Positions 62,901 to 64,000 of a DNA stretch of 64,000 bases are shown piece by piece. Each line of letters starts with the position of its first letter. The stretch's first letter is position 1. The stretch is from Mobula hypostoma (Eukaryota): contig NC_086097.1 of the NCBI RefSeq assembly GCF_963921235.1, positions 94,924,001 through 94,988,000 on the forward strand, written 5' to 3'. The notes beneath the pieces were generated by a model. It saw only the letters and a list, made by a program, of their open reading frames with translations. It searched no databases and was not told the DNA's origin. The translations under genes were made by a program, and so were the position numbers.

Positions 62901-62999
62901 ACTCTGTGATGTTACCGTGGTTTTAGTAATATTCTTTTTGCCAAGGCAGGTGATGCATTGCCTGCCCTTGGTAGTTTTTGTAATTGACACCAACTTGCT
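2870..62999 (-). CDS. Candidate multi-exon, microexon-rich host gene of unknown identity (partial; about 21 exons, 260 codons in window)
   Basis: Hand-spliced exons: 62896-62999, 61466-61497, 52258-52306, 52052-52085, 51739-51769, 44867-44893, 41953-41979, 41463-41481, 41371-41389, 41254-41270, 39278-39304, 39142-39158, 38740-38753, 15493-15515, 14964-15075, 14655-14692, 14192-14236, 13845-13850, 9518-9554, 5723-5776, 2870-2917. All are AG..GT bounded (one GC donor), phase-compatible, stop-free and in TE-free islands. No start or stop codon was established inside the window. Confidence 0.6.
3252..3490. repeat. Palindromic short repeat, probably Penelope terminal-repeat derived
   Basis: Inverted arms aaacagaaaatgctggga / tcccagcattttctgttt; relatives at about 12770-12880, 37370-37535 and 44560-44770. 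Confidence 0.6.
3950..4575 (+). mobile_element. CR1 LINE RT fragment
   Basis: [28 protein letters not shown] and SKFADDTKL motifs. Confidence 0.85.
4590..5447 (+). mobile_element. Rex1/Babar LINE 3' part with tail
   Basis: [17 protein letters not shown]; ends aataaatttactttgaact. Confidence 0.85.
5723..5776 (-). CDS. Host gene exon, 54 nt ([18 protein letters not shown])
   Basis: ttccttgctgaacag|ACAATC...TCCATG|gtaagt; only the phase-0 frame is open. Confidence 0.7.
5977..6262. repeat. Unclassified GC/CpG-rich interspersed element
   Basis: Sharp compositional switch from AT-rich flanks; ends in (gta)n. Confidence 0.35.
6263..7215 (+). mobile_element. Decayed CR1 3' region with an inserted tRNA-derived (V-type) SINE at about 6765-7010
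   Basis: CR1 RT C-terminal and 3'UTR similarity on both sides of a SINE-like head and core (ggttagcaca...ggtaggttaactggtcatt). Confidence 0.65.
8250..8485 (-). mobile_element. tRNA-derived V-type SINE remnant
   Basis: cacctacacactagggg..ccaattaac..gcaaactccac core; similar copies at about 17235-17400, 50790-51090 and 62325-62595. Confidence 0.6.
8640..9120 (+). mobile_element. Penelope-like element RT fragment
   Basis: [42 protein letters not shown] and (Y)IDN motifs across frameshifts. Confidence 0.85.
9518..9554 (-). CDS. Host gene exon, 37 nt ([12 protein letters not shown])
   Basis: cccttgcccattgcacaatgcag|CTACCA...TCCAAG|gtaacc; phase 2/0, which bridges the flanking exons. Confidence 0.55.
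10050..12405 (-). mobile_element. Rex1/Babar LINE, 5' end to tail, internally deleted and decayed
   Basis: 5' caaggtggcgcc; endonuclease ([18 protein letters not shown]), RT ([20 protein letters not shown]) and C-terminal ([15 protein letters not shown]) motifs. Confidence 0.9.
13330..13790 (-). mobile_element. CR1 3'-end fragments with a small hAT (Charlie-like) MITE at about 13440-13520
   Basis: CR1 C-terminus ([19 protein letters not shown]); TIR-like ctgggggttcctaacc / ggctgggaaccctg. Confidence 0.6.
13845..13850 (-). CDS. 6-nt microexon ACAGTG
   Basis: gttctttccattctttcag|ACAGTG|gtgagta; strong acceptor and donor, frame-preserving. Confidence 0.6.
14192..14236 (-). CDS. Host gene exon, 45 nt ([14 protein letters not shown])
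   Basis: ctatctttctcttttcattaag|GTTCTC...ATCCTT|gtatgt; only the phase 2/2 frame is open. Confidence 0.65.
14655..14692 (-). CDS. Host gene exon, 38 nt ([12 protein letters not shown])
   Basis: catttctcaacag|AGCAAC...TTCAGC|gtaaga; phase 0/2. Confidence 0.65.
14964..15075 (-). CDS. Host gene exon, 112 nt ([37 protein letters not shown])
   Basis: ttttgtacgttctaattgattccag|GAGATT...TTGGAC|gtgagc; only one frame is open (phase 2/0). Confidence 0.7.
15493..15515 (-). CDS. Host gene microexon, 23 nt (CHFNPLS)
   Basis: cactcatcctatcag|TGCCAC...CTCAAG|gttagt; phase 0/2. Confidence 0.6.
15660..15935 (-). mobile_element. Rex1-family 3' tail
   Basis: aattggtttattattgtcacatgtacc.. tail shared with 12900-13130, 36150-36350 and 63370-63830. 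Confidence 0.65.
16095..17225 (-). mobile_element. Rex1/Babar LINE RT to 3' end
   Basis: [34 protein letters not shown]. Confidence 0.9.
17400..18845 (+). mobile_element. Two tandem Rex1/Babar 3' fragments
   Basis: [28 protein letters not shown]; Rex1 tails near 17790 and 18845. Confidence 0.8.
19235..20285 (+). mobile_element. Decayed CR1 LINE fragments
   Basis: [18 protein letters not shown]-like motifs; (gttctat)n tail near 20270-20285. Confidence 0.75.
20300..20800 (-). mobile_element. Old RTE-clade LINE remnant
   Basis: Degenerate minus-strand translation resembles the RTE linker (Q..I.DL, AVYS, HFE.LLN); related + pieces at about 21930-22200 and 36400-36670 (terminal CxxCGRVC motif). 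Confidence 0.5.
20880..21165 (-). mobile_element. LINE (CR1/L2 group) 3' end
   Basis: [21 protein letters not shown] C-terminal reading; related decayed pieces at 18850-19140 and 48450-49350. Confidence 0.55.
21165..21915 (+). mobile_element. Young 5'-truncated Rex1/Babar LINE
   Basis: Uninterrupted frame VVDFRKGK...[14 protein letters not shown]; (ctgatt)n tail. Confidence 0.9.
22265..28310 (+). mobile_element. CR1 copy A (5'UTR, ORF1 zinc finger/esterase, ORF2 endonuclease), split by insertions at 24056-27955
   Basis: [35 protein letters not shown]; reading ..VKGLD breaks at 24055 and resumes [13 protein letters not shown] at about 27960. Confidence 0.85.
24140..27865 (+). mobile_element. 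CR1 copy B (ORF1 esterase plus full ORF2, frameshifted), inserted in a Rex1 tail (24056-24135 and 27866-27955)
   Basis: [51 protein letters not shown]; (tttctat)n tail. Confidence 0.9.
28311..30878 (+). mobile_element. CR1 copy C, 5'-truncated ORF2 (EN+RT), few lesions
   Basis: [40 protein letters not shown]; (ctattgt)n tail. Confidence 0.92.
30916..34860 (-). mobile_element. CR1 copy D, near full-length and decayed, inserted in a + strand Rex1 fragment (30879-30915, 34870-35970)
   Basis: ORF1 esterase (DGLHLN), [26 protein letters not shown]; Rex1 reading resumes at 34870. Confidence 0.88.
34945..35614 (+). mobile_element. Non-autonomous CpG-rich retroelement with (TAATC)n tail, longest copy
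   Basis: 5' aagatggtggtgcg, 3' gacaataaa..cataatctaatctaatc; homologous to 37907-38430 and 45130-45670. Confidence 0.8.
36770..36960 (-). mobile_element. Ancient Deu-domain-like SINE remnant
   Basis: Degenerate agcacctcc..tgcag..ctc.tcagta..gca..tgctcaagt motif; recognised from memory only. Confidence 0.35.
37140..37602 (+). mobile_element. Rex1 tail with an embedded palindromic Penelope-derived repeat (37370-37535)
   Basis: aaataaatctcag flanks the insert on both sides; arms gcaatacacacaaaatgctg / cagcattttgtgtgtgttgc. Confidence 0.7.
37907..38430 (-). mobile_element. (TAATC)-tail element copy 2, inserted in a V-type SINE (37690-37900 and 38430-38525)
   Basis: Reverse-complement homology to 35090-35610. 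Confidence 0.8.
38740..38753 (-). CDS. Host gene microexon, 14 nt (GFGYR)
   Basis: cctttctttgctag|GTTTTGGATACAGG|gtgagc; phase 1/0. Confidence 0.6.
38804..38875 (-). promoter_or_regulatory. Possible internal promoter or alternative first exon
   Basis: Overlapping CCAAT, GGGCGG and CGGAAGT motifs (cttccgcccaatccgg), followed on the minus strand by a consensus donor AAG|gtaagg. Confidence 0.3.
39142..39158 (-). CDS. Host gene microexon, 17 nt (DDPIP)
   Basis: ttccttctcggtgatgctatag|GGATGACCCCATACCAG|gtaaac; phase 2/1. Confidence 0.55.
39278..39304 (-). CDS. Host gene microexon, 27 nt (LSTHLPTF)
   Basis: ctgtttatgttcag|ACTGTC...ATTCAA|gtgagt; phase 2/2. Confidence 0.55.
40049..40791. mobile_element. 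Composite non-autonomous hAT (Charlie-like) element with a nested hAT, inserted in a V-type SINE
   Basis: Outer TIRs caggggtccccgacc / ggttggggaccgcgg with flanks ctctagag / ccctaggg; inner element 40140-40679 flanked by a perfect 8-bp TSD tgttcaag. Confidence 0.85.
41254..41481 (-). CDS. Three tentative microexons: 41463-41481, 41371-41389, 41254-41270 (TCGCILK/SEKGLV/GVVTGR)
   Basis: AG/GT-bounded segments of 19, 19 and 17 nt, separated by 73- and 100-nt introns, phase-compatible; donors (gtaatt, gtgaac, gtgatt) are weak. Confidence 0.35.
41953..41979 (-). CDS. Host gene microexon, 27 nt (GEDDRSSSQ in the phase 1/1 reading)
   Basis: ctctattccacag|GTGAAG...CTCAGA|gtgagg; a phase-0 reading (VKMTEAVLR) is also open. 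Confidence 0.5.
42270..43190. repeat. Degenerate minisatellite with about three 79-bp units (42691-42925), interrupted by a CR1 3' end (42437-42657, minus)
   Basis: gaggtttggggcatggttattgg recurs at 42691, 42770 and 42849; shorter ggactcacattgaggtttg variants flank it. Confidence 0.85.
43900..44440 (+). mobile_element. Decayed Rex1 3' fragment
   Basis: aatttctacagatgtatagtggagagcatt and agcttctttccctctgccatcaga motifs. Confidence 0.75.
44867..44893 (-). CDS. Tentative microexon, 27 nt (AFRYIQWSI)
   Basis: ccagttttgtttcag|CTTTCA...GTATTG|gtgtgg; phase 1/1; donor moderate. Confidence 0.4.
45130..45670 (+). mobile_element. (TAATC)-tail element copy 3
   Basis: Homologous to 35040-35614; ends ataatctaatcta. 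Confidence 0.8.
45685..48440 (+). mobile_element. Rex1/Babar LINE, near-complete EN+RT, decayed
   Basis: [49 protein letters not shown]; tail near 48425-48440. Confidence 0.9.
50190..50565 (-). mobile_element. SINE with an RTE-type 3' tail
   Basis: Minus strand reads gaaggtaatggcaaactactt..ttgggcaaga, resembling the RTE/BovA-type tail motif. Confidence 0.5.
51100..51700 (-). mobile_element. Highly decayed L2-like LINE remnant
   Basis: Weak similarity only (gtcttaaaggagg.., ttaaattgagg). Confidence 0.3.
51739..51769 (-). CDS. Host gene exon, 31 nt ([10 protein letters not shown])
   Basis: ctgtttgctctgttattgcag|GCTCTC...TGCTCG|gtgact; phase 0/1. Confidence 0.55.
52052..52306 (-). CDS. Two tentative exons: 52258-52306 (GC donor) and 52052-52085 ([17 protein letters not shown] / [11 protein letters not shown])
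   Basis: AAG|gcaagc GC-type donor; ctcggtcttgctgacag acceptor and GAA|gtaaag donor; phases fit the neighbours. Confidence 0.35.
52622..56530 (-). mobile_element. Young CR1 LINE: ORF1 (leucine zipper plus SGNH esterase) and near-intact ORF2 (APE+RT)
   Basis: GDSIVRG, VHIGTND, DGLHLN; YFNARSI, ISETWL, GDFN, SSDHN; KYADDTK; (ataaccat)n tail; only a few stops and frameshifts. Confidence 0.95.
56531..56970 (-). mobile_element. Second CR1 fragment (ORF1 end and ORF2 start) abutting the young CR1
   Basis: 56640-56970 near-duplicates 55685-56010. Confidence 0.85.
57185..57922 (+). mobile_element. Non-autonomous Rex1-like element
   Basis: 5' aagatggtggca; 3' gacaattaagcttgaactt; its tail matches the split tail at 24056/27866. 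Confidence 0.6.
58070..61070 (+). mobile_element. CR1 LINE, same subfamily as copy A, with an internal deletion joining EN to RT near 59712
   Basis: 5'UTR gagag.aggggatttcactcaggtccact shared with 22270; IADCWKKHK joined directly to LFKKG..PGNYRP; tail near 61050-61065. Confidence 0.88.
61466..61497 (-). CDS. Tentative exon, 32 nt ([10 protein letters not shown])
   Basis: ggcataccag|GTTGTC...TCATGT|gtgagt; strong donor, weak acceptor. Confidence 0.3.
61660..62190 (+). mobile_element. Decayed CR1 3' region
   Basis: [17 protein letters not shown]; ctatgact tail. Confidence 0.7.
62896..62999 (-). CDS. Candidate exon, 104 nt ([34 protein letters not shown])
   Basis: atatttacttttatag|AGCAAG...TCCTTG|gtaaga; open across 34 codons, phase 0/2. 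Confidence 0.45.
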
Positions 63000-63074
63000 C
63001 TATAAAAGTAAATATTGTGCCATGTCTTTGGCTGATAGCTGAACAATTGGAAGAATATGTAGTGTAACTGGTAA

Positions 63075-63830
63075 ATTCAAATTCAGATTCAGATTTATTT
63101 ATTACATGTCCATTGAAACAGGCAGTGTAATGTATTAATTTTGGTAACAGTGAACACATCTAAGGATATGCTGGGGGTAGCTAGCAACTGTTGCCACACA
63201 TTCCGGCACTACCATAGAATGCCCACAAAGCTCGGCAGATGACCAAGAACACAACAAGCAACATAACAACAACAACAGCAAAACAAGCTCTTTTCCTCCC
63301 CCCCATCCTCTCTCCCACCCAGTCACACACACACATTGACAGACCTCCAACTCCAGCAATGCTGCAGTGAAAAGTTTTCATGCATGACATCCGAATAGAT
63401 CATTTCATCACATCAGTGCATTGAGTTAGTACAAAGAAACTGCAATAACAAAATGCAGAATATAGTGTTACATTAACAGAGAAAGTGCAGAGCAGGCAGT
63501 CAGGTGAAAAGCCATGACAAAGTAGATTGTCAGGTCAAGAGTCCATCTTATTGCACAAGGGGACTGTTCAATAAACAACAAGAGAGAAGCTGTCCGTGAG
63601 CCTGGTACTACATGCTTTCAGCTTTTTATATCTTCTGCTCAATGGGAGTGAGGAGGAGAGAGAATATCTTGAATGGGTAGTCTTCAATTACTGTATTTAC
63701 TGAGGCAGTGAGAAGTGTAGACAGAGTCCATGGAGGGGAGGTAGGTTTATGTGACGTGCTGAGCTGTGCCCACAACCCTTTGCTGTTTCTTGCAGCCTCA
63801 GGCAGAGCAATTTTCATCCAGACAAGCTGG
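63075..63830 (-). mobile_element. Rex1-family 3' tails
   Basis: (attcag)n tail plus tttatttattacatg, and a second tail body at 63370-63830. Confidence 0.65.
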
Positions 63831-64000
63831 ACAGTGTAGGACCAGGTATATGTAAATAAGTAGGTGTAGTACTAGGTGCGTTCATAGATCGATAAGAGAC
63901 TCTTGCCAGTTGAATGATGAGGGTGTAGTGCAAAGAGTAGTTCTTACAACTGGTGTCAGTGGGGAGAGTTGGAATGTGGAAATGTACATGTAGGTGTTGC

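Overview
Vertebrate nuclear DNA, most likely from a cartilaginous fish (ray or shark); this is inferred from the repeat repertoire only. Most of the window (by eye roughly four-fifths) is decayed or nested mobile DNA: CR1/L3 LINEs with zinc-finger/SGNH-esterase ORF1, Rex1/Babar LINEs, an L1 3' end, RTE and Penelope remnants, tRNA-derived SINEs and hAT MITEs. Nearly all ORFs in the supplied track are TE fragments or noise. The short TE-free islands hold a chain of small minus-strand exons with canonical splice sites. By hand these splice into one stop-free frame: 21 candidate exons, 780 nt, 260 codons, ten exons of 27 nt or less, one of only 6 nt. The ORF track cannot see this gene and I cannot assign it to a known family. 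It appears to run off both ends of the window. The 3' exons (39304 to 2870) are better supported than the 5' ones. TE boundaries are approximate and were not checked against a library.
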